From the NCBI RefSeq assembly GCF_002945325.1, contig NZ_CP026606.1:1170001-1202000 (forward strand): 32,000 nt of DNA, read 5' to 3'. This DNA is from Methanococcus maripaludis (GTDB lineage: Archaea; AGJL01; Methanococci; Methanococcales; Methanococcaceae). Each line of letters starts with the position of its first letter. Position 1 is the stretch's first letter. The position numbers were made by a program, and so were the translations under genes. This document shows positions 10,671-19,789 of the stretch, piece by piece. Under the pieces are notes generated by a model, which was not told the DNA's origin, did no database searches, and saw only the letters and a program-made list of their open reading frames with translations.

Positions 10671-10717
10671 TTTATATACTGAAATACAAAACTACACTAT
10701 GCTTAATTGAATAAGCA
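10671..10717 (+). promoter_or_regulatory. tRNA-Leu promoter: TATA box plus ATGC initiator with palindrome
   Basis: TTTATATA (10671-10678) is centred 26.5 nt upstream of the G of ATGC (10699-10702). The palindrome TGCTTA-N6-TAAGCA occupies 10700-10717. Confidence 0.6.
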
Positions 10718-10736
10718 CTTTTCAAAGGTTCACTGT

Positions 10737-10821
10737 GCGAGGGTTGCCAAGCCTGGTTAAAGGCGCTAGGTTGAGGGCCTAGTCTCATAGGAGTTCGAGG
10801 GTTCGAATCCCTTCCCTCGCA
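10737..10821 (+). tRNA. tRNA-Leu (anticodon GAG), class II with long variable arm
   Basis: The acceptor stem is GCGAGGG/CCCTCGC with discriminator A. The anticodon stem is CTAGG/CCTAG and the loop is TTGAGGG. The T-arm is GAGGG-TTCGAAT-CCCTT. A T6 run follows the 3' end. Confidence 0.92.
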
Positions 10822-10980
10822 TATTTTTTAAAACAAAATGCGTTTTTTATAAAGTTTATTTTAAAAATGATTTTTTCATAATCTATACTAATATTATTTT
10901 ATCTAAATTTTTTAATTTTTACACCATTCTATATATAAAAGTCGGAAGAATATTTTTATTATAATCATCGAAGGGATAAT

Positions 10981-11538
10981 ATGGATGAGATAATAGTATG
11001 TATTACCGGAGCTAGCGGTGTAATTTATTCAAAACGGCTTTTAGAAGTTTTAAAAGAAGAAAATATTAAAACATCGCTGATAATCTCAAATTCTGCTAAA
11101 AAAATAATCAAACACGAACTTAAAATGGAAATTGACGAATTTAAAAAACTTGCCGACAACAACTATGAAAACGATAACTTTTTTGCACCTGTGGCATCAG
11201 GTTCTCATAAATTTAAAGCAGCAGTGGTAGTTCCATGTTCTATGAAGTCGTTGTCATCAATAGCAACAGGATACAGCGATAATTTAATTGGAAGAGTCTG
11301 TGATATTTCATTAAAAGAGCGAAGGGATTTAATAATCGTTCCAAGAGAAATGCCATTTAGTACAATCCATCTTGAAAATATGACAAAACTATCACATTTG
11401 GGAGTTTCAATAATTCCACCTGCTCCCGGATTTTACAACGATCCAAAAACAATAGATGATCTAGTGAACTTTGTTGTTGGAAGAATTTTGGACAATTTAA
11501 AAATTGAAAATAAAATATTTAAGAGATGGGGAGAATAA
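10981..11538 (+). CDS. ubiX: Flavin prenyltransferase UbiX family
   Basis: 185 aa. The N-terminal ITGASGVIY flavoprotein motif, VVPCSMKSLSSIATGYSDNLIGR and PPAPGFY are typical of UbiX/Pad1. Confidence 0.88.
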   Translation: MDEIIVCITGASGVIYSKRLLEVLKEENIKTSLIISNSAKKIIKHELKMEIDEFKKLADNNYENDNFFAPVASGSHKFKAAVVVPCSMKSLSSIATGYSDNLIGRVCDISLKERRDLIIVPREMPFSTIHLENMTKLSHLGVSIIPPAPGFYNDPKTIDDLVNFVVGRILDNLKIENKIFKRWGE

Positions 11539-11564
11539 TTACCTGCTAATAACTTGGTGAAAAT

Positions 11565-12917
11565 ATGCTTGATAAATTAGGCCAGAATCTCTCTGATGCA
11601 CTAAACAAACTTAAAAACGCTACTTTTGTCGATAAAAAACTCGTAAAAGAAGTAATTAAAGATATTCAAAAGGCTTTAATCCAGTCCGACGTCAACGTGA
11701 AATTAGTATTTAACATGAGTAAGGAAATTGAGAGAAAAGCTATCGACGAAGCGCCTCCAAAGGGACTTTCAAAAAAAGAACACATTGTAAAGATTGTTTA
11801 CGATGAACTCGTAAAATTACTTGGTGAAACCACTCAAAAATTAGAGCTTGACCCTTCAAAAAAATCTGTAATTTTACTTATTGGTATTCAGGGAAGTGGT
11901 AAAACAACGAGTGCTGCAAAACTTGCAAGATATATTCAGAAAAAAGGTTTAAGACCCGGATTAATTGCAGCAGATGTTTACAGGCCTGCAGCATACCAGC
12001 AGTTAAAACAGCTTTCTGAAAAAATAAATGTTCCACTATTTGGTGACGAAACAAGAACAAAAACACCTGTAGAAATCACTAAAGAAGGAATGGAAAAACT
12101 AAAAAAAGTAGATGTTGTAATCATCGATACAGCAGGTAGGCACAAGGAAGAAGAAGGTCTTTTAGCTGAAATGAAAGAAATGAAAGATTTAACGAATCCA
12201 AATGAGATAATCCTTGTAATTGATGGAACTTTAGGTCAGCAGGCTAAAAATCAAGCAAAAGCATTCAAAGAATCCGTTTCAGAAATTGGAAGTATTTTGG
12301 TTACAAAATTAGATGGTTCTGCAAAAGGTGGTGGTGCGTTGAGTGCTGTTGCAGAAATAAATGCTCCAATTAAATTTATTGGAACTGGTGAAGGGGTTGA
12401 TAATTTAGAACAGTTCGACCCAAAAAAATTCATCTCCAGAATTCTTGGATTGGGAGATTTAGATTCCCTTTTAGAGAAAACTGAAGATATAATGGACGAA
12501 TCAACGGAAGAAAGTATTGATTCTATCTTAAAGGGTAAATTTACATTAATCGAGCTTTATGCACAGCTTGAGACAATATCCAAAATGGGTCCTATGAAAC
12601 AGATTTTAAGCATGATTCCTGGAATGGGCGGAAACATGCCAAAAGAAGCTGCACAGTTAACGGAAGCTAAATTAAAAAGATACAAGATCATGATGGACTC
12701 AATGACAATGGAAGAAAAAGAAAATCCTGAACTTATAAAAACTTCAAGGCTTCAAAGAATTGCAAAAGGGGCAGGAGTAAAACAGGAAGAAATAAAGGAT
12801 CTTTTAAAATACTATTCAACGACTAAAAATGCGTTTGGAAATTTGAAGCGCGGAAAAATGCCAAAAATGGGCGGACAGATGGGCCAGATCATGAGGCAGT
12901 TAATGTATAAGGATTAA
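11565..12917 (+). CDS. srp54: Signal recognition particle protein SRP54
   Basis: 450 aa with GTPase motifs [14 protein letters not shown] and TKLD. The C-terminal M domain is Met-rich ([10 protein letters not shown]). Confidence 0.97.
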   Translation: MLDKLGQNLSDALNKLKNATFVDKKLVKEVIKDIQKALIQSDVNVKLVFNMSKEIERKAIDEAPPKGLSKKEHIVKIVYDELVKLLGETTQKLELDPSKKSVILLIGIQGSGKTTSAAKLARYIQKKGLRPGLIAADVYRPAAYQQLKQLSEKINVPLFGDETRTKTPVEITKEGMEKLKKVDVVIIDTAGRHKEEEGLLAEMKEMKDLTNPNEIILVIDGTLGQQAKNQAKAFKESVSEIGSILVTKLDGSAKGGGALSAVAEINAPIKFIGTGEGVDNLEQFDPKKFISRILGLGDLDSLLEKTEDIMDESTEESIDSILKGKFTLIELYAQLETISKMGPMKQILSMIPGMGGNMPKEAAQLTEAKLKRYKIMMDSMTMEEKENPELIKTSRLQRIAKGAGVKQEEIKDLLKYYSTTKNAFGNLKRGKMPKMGGQMGQIMRQLMYKD

Positions 12918-13054
12918 CTTAAAAAACAATTATTACTTTTTTTAGTATCAGTTTCACGAAAACAATTAAATAATAAAAATGCGTTTTTGATCTAGGCTAA
13001 TTTTGGGTAGATAAATGTCGGGTTAAGTTCGATATAAGTTTTTTTGGAGATAAA

Positions 13055-13276
13055 ATGAGATTTACAGTAAATGATTCGTTAATAACAAGCGTGGCATTAT
13101 TCATCATTGCTTTTTTATTGCAAGGAATACCTGCTATATTACTGCCGGAACTTGTCAACAACCCCGTTATAAACCAGATGATATTAATAATGGCAAATAC
13201 TCTCAGGTTTTTAGGATTATTGTTTGCAATAATGTCGATTGTTTTTTGGAAAAAAGGAATGGTAATTCGATATTAA
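13055..13276 (+). CDS. Small hypothetical membrane protein (two predicted TM helices)
   Basis: 73-aa ORF with SD GGAG 5 nt upstream of the ATG and two hydrophobic segments. I recognise no family. It overlaps the convergent fno stop by 4 nt. Confidence 0.45.
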   Translation: MRFTVNDSLITSVALFIIAFLLQGIPAILLPELVNNPVINQMILIMANTLRFLGLLFAIMSIVFWKKGMVIRY

Positions 13277-13944
13277 AGGTTTAATCCAGTAATGTGGATT
13301 CCAGCACCTTTTAATTTGTATTTTATGTTTAACTGTATTAATAATGGTGTAATTTGTTCTATAAATTTTGAAATTTCTAATTTTCCAGCATCAATTCCTC
13401 TAACTCCTGGAATTTCGCTTGCAAGTTCAACAATCACTTTCTTAGCATCGTTGTCATTTCCTGCAATTAAAACATCGCATGCAACTTCGCAATCTAAATC
13501 TTCTAAACATTTTGAGCAGATGTTTTGAAATCCGCTGACAACTTTTGATTCTGGAAGCATTTCTTGGATTAATTCTGCAACTGACCCTTGAGGGCATGCA
13601 ATAACTCTTGTTGGTTTGTCTCCGATTGCTGTTGCAAGTGGAACTCCAATTGATACAACAATTTTTCCTTTTAAAGCTTCTTTTAATTCTTTTATTGTGG
13701 AAATTGTATATTCAAAGGGCAATGATACAATAACTACATCTGCTAATTTTGAAGCTTCAAGGTTGGTCATTCCTTTAATATCTGCAGAATATCCTTTATC
13801 TGAAATTATTTTCAAAGCATTTTCGGAAGCTTCAATGGCTTTTTCAGCTTTTCTTGATCCGATCAATATTTCATGATTTTTTGAAAATCTAAGTGCAAGG
13901 CCAAATCCTTGATCTCCTGTTCCACCAAGTATCGCAATCTTCAT
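13273..13944 (-). CDS. fno: NADPH-dependent F420 reductase (F420H2:NADP oxidoreductase)
   Basis: I moved the start to ATG 13944 (MKIAILGGTGDQGFGLALR...), which has SD AGGTG upstream, giving 223 aa. It has a Rossmann GGTGDQG motif, and its size and sequence are typical of Fno/NpdG. Confidence 0.85.
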   Translation of the reverse strand: MKIAILGGTGDQGFGLALRFSKNHEILIGSRKAEKAIEASENALKIISDKGYSADIKGMTNLEASKLADVVIVSLPFEYTISTIKELKEALKGKIVVSIGVPLATAIGDKPTRVIACPQGSVAELIQEMLPESKVVSGFQNICSKCLEDLDCEVACDVLIAGNDNDAKKVIVELASEIPGVRGIDAGKLEISKFIEQITPLLIQLNIKYKLKGAGIHITGLNL

Positions 13945-13965
13945 AATCACACCTTTTAATTTATT

Positions 13966-14772
13966 TTATTTTTCAAGCATTGATAGATATTTGTTTATCG
14001 TTTCCCTGCTGTTTACCGCATCTCGTATACTTTTAGATTCAAAAGATAAAACATTATCGTAATTAATAATTTTCAATTCGCTCAAAATTTTTAAAAAGTC
14101 AATGTTTCCAGCACCAATTAATGCATGTTCGTCTTCAATTCCTTGATTATCGTGAATATGACAGTGGACAATTCCTTTTCCAATTTTATTTAACTCTTTT
14201 ACGAAATTTTCAGGGTTTTTGGTTGCAGTATTTGCGTGACCAATATCAAAGGTAATTCCAAGGTACTTTGAGTTGATATCTTTTATAATGTCTTTTAATG
14301 ATTCAATGGAAACTCCCAAAACTCCAGGGTAATTTGGCATGTTTTCTAAACCAATCATTACTTCGTAGTCTTCTGCCATTTCAACTATATCATTTAATGA
14401 AGAAAAATTGTTATCCAATATTTCTTTTGTATAGTCAGACCAAAGTGGCGGTAAATATCCAGGGTGAACCGTAACAACGTTTGCATCTAGTTCAAAAGCA
14501 CCTTCAATTGCTTCAATGACACTGTTTGTTGTTAAGTTTCTAACATCTCTATTCATTGATGCAGGATTTAAATCTGAAAACGGTGCGTGAATTACCAAAT
14601 CAACATCGTATTCTTCTCTTAAATTTCTTAAATATTTTATATTTTTAGGATTTAACTGATGACTTCCTTCAGAAACAATTTCCCAGCAGTCAAATGAGTT
14701 TGCTGCAACTTTTTCCATTGAGGACTGCAGAGTTTCTGGTAAAAATACTAAAGATGATATCCCATATTTCAT
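13966..14772 (-). CDS. Sugar phosphate isomerase/epimerase (xylose isomerase-like TIM barrel)
   Basis: 268 aa with conserved metal-ligand-type motifs VHPG, GLEN, DIGH and HCHIHDN, typical of the AP-endonuclease-2/TIM-barrel family. The specific substrate is unknown. Confidence 0.75.
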   Translation of the reverse strand: MKYGISSLVFLPETLQSSMEKVAANSFDCWEIVSEGSHQLNPKNIKYLRNLREEYDVDLVIHAPFSDLNPASMNRDVRNLTTNSVIEAIEGAFELDANVVTVHPGYLPPLWSDYTKEILDNNFSSLNDIVEMAEDYEVMIGLENMPNYPGVLGVSIESLKDIIKDINSKYLGITFDIGHANTATKNPENFVKELNKIGKGIVHCHIHDNQGIEDEHALIGAGNIDFLKILSELKIINYDNVLSFESKSIRDAVNSRETINKYLSMLEK

Positions 14773-14849
14773 GACTATCTCTCCCCGCTTTATCTATTAA
14801 TATAATAAAAGCGTTCTATCTATTAATTAGTTTTTATTCTGGTGATAGC

Positions 14850-15422
14850 GTGCAATTAAAAACACCCCTTTCAAAGGAAGACGTTAGAAAACTTAAAGTT
14901 GGAGATATTGTATACTTAAGCGGTGATATCTGTACCGGAAGAGATGAAGCACATATAACAACAATAGGGGAAAAAAAACCTCCAATAAACCTTGAAAATG
15001 GGGTAATTTATCATGCAGGCCCCATAATGAAAAAGGAAAATGAAACTTGGAAATGTGTTGCCATTGGGCCGACAACATCTGCTCGAATGAATGGACTCGA
15101 GGAAGACTTCATAAGAATTACAAATATTTCAGCAATTGTTGGAAAAGGTGGCATGGATGATAAGCTTTTGAAGACTTTTGAAGAATTCGGTGTAGTATAC
15201 CTTGCAGCCCCGGGGGGTTGTGCGGCACTTTTGGCAGATTCGATTAATGAAGTAAAAAACGTTTATCATCTTGAACTTGGAATGCCAGAAGCGTTCTGGG
15301 AATTAAGTGTTGAAAATTTTGGACCATTAATTGTAGCAATGGATTCTCACGGAAATAGTTTATATTCTAAAGTTAACGAAGATGTCGATAAAAATTTAGA
15401 AAATATTCTCAAAAACTTATAA
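14850..15422 (+). CDS. Fe-S hydro-lyase beta subunit (class I fumarate hydratase / tartrate dehydratase beta type)
   Basis: 190 aa from a GTG start 4 nt after SD GGTGAT. LKVGDIVYLSGDICTGRDEAHI and AIVGKGGM are typical of the FumA C-terminal/TtdB family. Confidence 0.82.
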   Translation: MQLKTPLSKEDVRKLKVGDIVYLSGDICTGRDEAHITTIGEKKPPINLENGVIYHAGPIMKKENETWKCVAIGPTTSARMNGLEEDFIRITNISAIVGKGGMDDKLLKTFEEFGVVYLAAPGGCAALLADSINEVKNVYHLELGMPEAFWELSVENFGPLIVAMDSHGNSLYSKVNEDVDKNLENILKNL

Positions 15423-15452
15423 TTTTTTTTAAAACAGATATTAATTTCATTA

Positions 15453-15481
15453 ATCTAAATATACAAATTAATTTTCCCAAA
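15453..15481 (+). repeat. Copy B of the 29-nt intergenic element
   Basis: ATCTAAATATACAAATTAATTTTCCCAAA, identical 29/29 to copy C. It is followed by GTAAAAAAAG and then, 26 nt after the element, the rps19 stop codon. Confidence 0.85.
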
Positions 15482-15507
15482 GTAAAAAAAGAGATTTTGG
15501 ATTCCAA

Positions 15508-15993
15508 TTATTTAATTGGAACGAACATTGAACCTCTTGTTGCACCCATACCTGGTGAACCGTGTTGAACAACGCCTCTTGTTGGAGCCATTTCTCCTAA
15601 GAATCTTCCAACGGTTTCTTCAACTAATTTAATTTCTTTGAATTCTTTACCGTTGTAGATACCAAATGTTAATCCAATCATTTCAGGAGTAATAACAAAG
15701 TCTCTGCAGTGAGTTCTTATAACTCTTGCATCTTTGCCTCTGTTTGTTAATCTTCTAGCTTTTTTGATTTTCATAACTAATTTTCTTTGTTTAGGAGTGA
15801 TTCCTCTGGCCATTGTTCTTCTTTGTCTTGAAGGAACAATTTCCATGAATTTTTTGATAGGCATCTCTTGAAGTTCTTCCAAACTGAAGCCTTTGTATTT
15901 AAATTCTACTCTTCTTCTTGGTGCCACATTTTGTTTTTGTTTATTTTTCTTTCTGGCGCCACCTTTGCCACTATACTTTTTTTGTCTGGCCAT
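15508..15993 (-). CDS. rps19: 30S ribosomal protein S19 (uS19)
   Basis: 161 aa with a Lys/Arg-rich N-terminus and the conserved core TH(C)RDFVITPEMIG...YNGKEF. It is the last gene of the L3-L4-L23-L2-S19 block. Confidence 0.96.
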   Translation of the reverse strand: MARQKKYSGKGGARKKNKQKQNVAPRRRVEFKYKGFSLEELQEMPIKKFMEIVPSRQRRTMARGITPKQRKLVMKIKKARRLTNRGKDARVIRTHCRDFVITPEMIGLTFGIYNGKEFKEIKLVEETVGRFLGEMAPTRGVVQHGSPGMGATRGSMFVPIK

Positions 15994-16031
15994 GTTTTCA
16001 CCTTTAAAATTTAAAGAGATAGCTTAAGTTA

Positions 16032-16754
16032 TTATCGTTTACCGGTTCTTCTTGAAGCGATATGTCCTACTTTTCTACCTGGGGATGTATGTCTTGAAAC
16101 GCTTGAAGGTTTTCCTATGTGCTGGTGTCTTCCACCACCGTAAGGGTGATCTACAGCGTTCATTGCAACACCTCTAACTTTTGGCCATGCAACAGCTTTA
16201 GCGCTTAATGAATGGTATTTTTTACCTGCTTTAACAAATGGTTTTTCTTTTCTTCCACCACCTGCTACAACACCAACTGTTGCTCTGCATGCAGGGTTCA
16301 ATACTTTTGAAAAACCTGAAGGTAATCTTACGATAGTTTTTCCAACATCGTGGGAAATAACGTGTGCGTAGCATCCACCAGATCTTACTAATTTACCGCC
16401 ATCTCCAGGGATGGTTTCAATGTTGTATACTGGAATACCTTCTGGGATTTCTCCAAGTGGTAAAACGTTTCCAGGTTTGATTTCTGCGCTGATACCGCAT
16501 TCAATCTCTTCCCCAACTTGAATTCCTTCTGGAATTAACACTAATCTTTCTTCATCATTAGCAAATTTTACTTTTGCTACAGGTGCAGATCTTCCAGGGT
16601 CGTGTAATATATCAATAACAGTTCCGAGGATTTTTCCGTCTTTTTCCATTTCGTCGTAACTTCTGTATTTAACTGCACCTTTTCTTTTATGAGTGGGGGA
16701 TCTGTATTTCGGAGTCCCTCGTCCTCTATTCTGGGAAATCAGTCTTTTACCCAT
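16032..16754 (-). CDS. rpl2: 50S ribosomal protein L2 (uL2)
   Basis: 240 aa, including the MNAVDHPYGGGRHQHIGKPSSV motif. Confidence 0.98.
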   Translation of the reverse strand: MGKRLISQNRGRGTPKYRSPTHKRKGAVKYRSYDEMEKDGKILGTVIDILHDPGRSAPVAKVKFANDEERLVLIPEGIQVGEEIECGISAEIKPGNVLPLGEIPEGIPVYNIETIPGDGGKLVRSGGCYAHVISHDVGKTIVRLPSGFSKVLNPACRATVGVVAGGGRKEKPFVKAGKKYHSLSAKAVAWPKVRGVAMNAVDHPYGGGRHQHIGKPSSVSRHTSPGRKVGHIASRRTGKR

Positions 16755-16794
16755 TATATCACCATATTATTTAATAGTGTTTTCTTAAATCGAA

Positions 16795-17055
16795 TTAGTA
16801 GATTCCTAAGCTTGCAGCTACTTCTCCAGCGTTGTATTCATCTTTCAACGTAATGTATGCTTTTTTCTTTCCTTTTGGAGTAATGCTTGTGTTTATGTCT
16901 GCAACTTCAGCATCGAACAATTCTTTAATTGCTGCTCTAACGTCTGCTTTTGTTGCTTTTCTTTCAACGTAAAATACCAATCTGTTTTCTTCTTCAATGA
17001 GTTTCATTGTTTTTTCACTAACGATTGGTGTTTTTATAACATCAAAGGCATCCAT
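16795..17055 (-). CDS. rpl23: 50S ribosomal protein L23 (uL23)
   Basis: I moved the start to ATG 17055 (MDAFDVIKTPIVSEK...) because the track's GTG 17064 lies inside SD GAGGTGA. This gives 86 aa. Confidence 0.95.
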   Translation of the reverse strand: MDAFDVIKTPIVSEKTMKLIEEENRLVFYVERKATKADVRAAIKELFDAEVADINTSITPKGKKKAYITLKDEYNAGEVAASLGIY

Positions 17056-17076
17056 GCCATTCACCTCGTATTGAGC

Positions 17077-17835
17077 TTAAAATCTTCCGTTTATTTTTTC
17101 AATGGCATTTTCAGTCCAGAGTGTTAATCTTCCAGCCATTGTTCCTGGTGCAATGTGTATTGCGCTTAAATCGTTAGCTGTAATTACATCTACACCTGCG
17201 AGGTTTCTTGATGCAGTAATTGCTTCACATGCATCGCCTACAACAACCAAAACACTTTTTGGTTTTATGTATTTTCTTCCTCTTAATTTTCCCCTTCCTG
17301 CTCTAATTTTAACGCCGTCTTTAGCTCTTTCTAAGTCAGCATCTAATTTTAAAGTTTTGAAAACTTCTAAAACTTCTTTTGTTTTAACAAGGCTCTCAAA
17401 TTCTGCGTTAACAACCAAAGGTAATGAAGGAACACCTTCAATTTTGTGGCCTCTTGCTGAAACGATTTCAGGGTTTGCTGAAGCTGCAATAGCACTTGCT
17501 AATGCTTTTAATTTTTCTTTTCTGTTTATTCTTTCGAATAAGATTTTTTCAACTTTAGGAGGGTGAGCTCTTCTTCCACCAACTGCTTGGGGTACGAATG
17601 CACCAGCACCTTGTGCGGTTCTTCTAACTCTAGCTTTACCGTGTCCTTTTCCGATTGATTTTGCTGAAGTTCTGTATCCTGCAAATGCATCGCAACCTTT
17701 TGGTTGTAATTTTGCGGTTAATGATGAGATTACTGCCCTTTTAATTAAATCAGGCCTGTATTCTGCTTCAAATACAGCGGGTAATTCAATATCTCCCTTT
17801 TCAGAACCATCTAAATTGTAAACTTTAACATTCAT
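17077..17835 (-). CDS. rpl4: 50S ribosomal protein L4 (uL4)
   Basis: 252 aa with operon position after L3. It shows typical L4 segments ([23 protein letters not shown]). Confidence 0.97.
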   Translation of the reverse strand: MNVKVYNLDGSEKGDIELPAVFEAEYRPDLIKRAVISSLTAKLQPKGCDAFAGYRTSAKSIGKGHGKARVRRTAQGAGAFVPQAVGGRRAHPPKVEKILFERINRKEKLKALASAIAASANPEIVSARGHKIEGVPSLPLVVNAEFESLVKTKEVLEVFKTLKLDADLERAKDGVKIRAGRGKLRGRKYIKPKSVLVVVGDACEAITASRNLAGVDVITANDLSAIHIAPGTMAGRLTLWTENAIEKINGRF

Positions 17836-17865
17836 AATTTAACACCTGCTCGTGTTTTTGAGTAA

Positions 17866-18870
17866 TTAGTTTCCTTGTTTGGATTCTGTACTGATGTAAG
17901 CAATTTCAGGTAAGCCGAATTTGTCTTCAGCAGCTCTTACAGATCCTCTTAAAACTACTAATCTTTTTGCAGGACCTTGAACAGTTCCCTTAACTACAAC
18001 GTAGCCGTTTTTAACAGCACCGTAGTTTAAGAATCCGCCTTTAGGTGTAATTTCAGCGCCTTCGCTGCCTAATTTTAAGATTCTTTTGTTGTATTCAGTT
18101 CTTTGGTGGAAACCCATTTGACCAGGTAATGGTACAGTCCACATAACTCTTCTAGGTCTCCATGGACCGATTGAACCTGTGTGTCTACCAACACCTTTTC
18201 TTTGGTGTTTTCCAAATTGAACTTTGATTCCCCATCTTTTAACTGATCCTTGGAATCCTTTACCTTTTGTAATTGCTAAGGTATCGATAATTTCGCCAGC
18301 TTCGAAAACATCGCTAATTGCGAGTGTTTTGCCTAAGATTTCTTTAGCGTAAGCTAATCTTTCAGCAACTGATGATCCACCGATTCTAATTTCAACAACT
18401 TCAGGTTTTTTCTTTGGTATTCCTGTAGTTTTTGGGTTTGTGTGAACAATAGCTCTTACTTCTGTAGCTTTTTCTAAAACTGCGTCTAAAGCATCAACAG
18501 TTTTTTTCTCTTCTTTTTTAGCTAAAGTTAATTTTCTTCCTAAGTCGCTGTCTAACTGTTCAGCCCATACTTCAGTTAATGCTTTTAACCCTTTGGTTGT
18601 TTTTTCGTAGAGTCTGATTCCTGCTACGGTAACGTCCGGTGTTTCTAATACAGTTACAGGTGTGAATACTTCCTGACTGCTGTTTGGACTTTTAGGGTTG
18701 TTTTCGATCAATAAAGCATGTGTTGTTCCTGCTTTGTATACAGGGAATGCTTGGAGCCCTACTTTTTTATCTGCAGGCCATGATCTGATTTTAGGAACTA
18801 ATTTCTTAGCTCTTTTTCTTGGGCTAAATGCTAGGGAACCTCTACGAGGTCTATTTTTTTTCATACCCAT
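17866..18870 (-). CDS. rpl3: 50S ribosomal protein L3 (uL3)
   Basis: 334 aa, with SD AGGAGGT 6 nt upstream of the ATG. It contains typical L3 sequence ([17 protein letters not shown]). Confidence 0.98.
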   Translation of the reverse strand: MGMKKNRPRRGSLAFSPRKRAKKLVPKIRSWPADKKVGLQAFPVYKAGTTHALLIENNPKSPNSSQEVFTPVTVLETPDVTVAGIRLYEKTTKGLKALTEVWAEQLDSDLGRKLTLAKKEEKKTVDALDAVLEKATEVRAIVHTNPKTTGIPKKKPEVVEIRIGGSSVAERLAYAKEILGKTLAISDVFEAGEIIDTLAITKGKGFQGSVKRWGIKVQFGKHQRKGVGRHTGSIGPWRPRRVMWTVPLPGQMGFHQRTEYNKRILKLGSEGAEITPKGGFLNYGAVKNGYVVVKGTVQGPAKRLVVLRGSVRAAEDKFGLPEIAYISTESKQGN

Positions 18871-19138
18871 AGTATAACCTCCTATGATAGTTAACTAGAA
18901 TTCCCGTGTTTTATTCGCGTAGAACTAGTCGTTTTTTGAAGTGTTTGTTAAGTTTTTTTTAAAAACAAAGCAACCTATTAATGGCTCGCGCCTTTTCAGG
19001 TCTTCCACATAGTTGCCTACAAACATTAATCATTACAATATATATAGTTAACTCCACAACTGACTAAATCAGTATTTATTTTAAAAAAGAAATATTTTTA
19101 GTTATTATTGTATTTACGTAACAAAACAGGGTGATATT

Positions 19139-19729
19139 GTGAAAAATAGTTCTTATCTACTCGAATTCTTTGAAAAAAAGAATGAAACAAGGGAAAAAAT
19201 TTTGAAGATTTCAAGGGAAATTGTAAAGGATTCAGGATTAATTATTCGAAAAACACAGAAAGGGGAAACGGTAGATTTTTCAGATATTGAAGAAAAATTA
19301 AAGAAATTAAAAAATTATTCAGAAAATCACTTTGAATTCCAAAAATATCGTGGAACGCCAGAACAAGAGTATGTAGAAGCAAGAGTTTACTATTCTGTAA
19401 TTTTTGAAAATAAAATTTTGGAGTTTTCCGATTTTGAAAGTACTTTAGAAGAAAACTATATTTTGGGATTGTGCGATGTTATCGGCGAACTTAGAAGAAT
19501 AACTCTTGAATCGATTCGAAAAGATGAAAAAACAAAAGCAGAACTTTATTTTGAATATATGAATAAAATTTATGACTTTTTAATGGAATTTGATAATTAC
19601 CACGTAATTGATGGACTTAGGAGAAAACAAGACGTTTCAAGAAGTTTGATCGAAAAAACACATGGGGATATAGTTAACTTCAATGAAAACCTGAAACTTA
19701 GAATAGAACTTTCAAAATTTAATAAATAA
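19139..19729 (+). CDS. Translin-family protein
   Basis: 196 aa from a GTG start after SD GGGTGAT. It is all-helical, and the YILGLCDVIGELRR motif resembles the Translin/TRAX family signature. The assignment is from memory of the family. Confidence 0.65.
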   Translation: MKNSSYLLEFFEKKNETREKILKISREIVKDSGLIIRKTQKGETVDFSDIEEKLKKLKNYSENHFEFQKYRGTPEQEYVEARVYYSVIFENKILEFSDFESTLEENYILGLCDVIGELRRITLESIRKDEKTKAELYFEYMNKIYDFLMEFDNYHVIDGLRRKQDVSRSLIEKTHGDIVNFNENLKLRIELSKFNK

Positions 19730-19749
19730 TCTTTTTTAATTAATTATAT

Positions 19750-19778
19750 ATCTAAATATACAAATTAATTTTCCCAAA
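19750..19778 (+). repeat. Copy C of the 29-nt intergenic element
   Basis: ATCTAAATATACAAATTAATTTTCCCAAA. It is followed by ATAGAAAAAAG (11 nt) and then the tRNA-Ile 3' end. Confidence 0.85.
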
Positions 19779-19789
19779 ATAGAAAAAAG

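Noticed and set aside
10835-10847. The 13-nt string AAAATGCGTTTTT is repeated at 10835-10847 (after tRNA-Leu) and 12976-12988 (after srp54). A shorter match lies inside srp54 at about 12826.
   Set aside because: Both intergenic copies are just an A-run, a short GC loop and a T-run, that is, mini-hairpin or oligo-T terminator-like sequence. Their similarity is explained by shared function and base composition rather than common origin. The intragenic match is ordinary coding sequence (TKNAFG).
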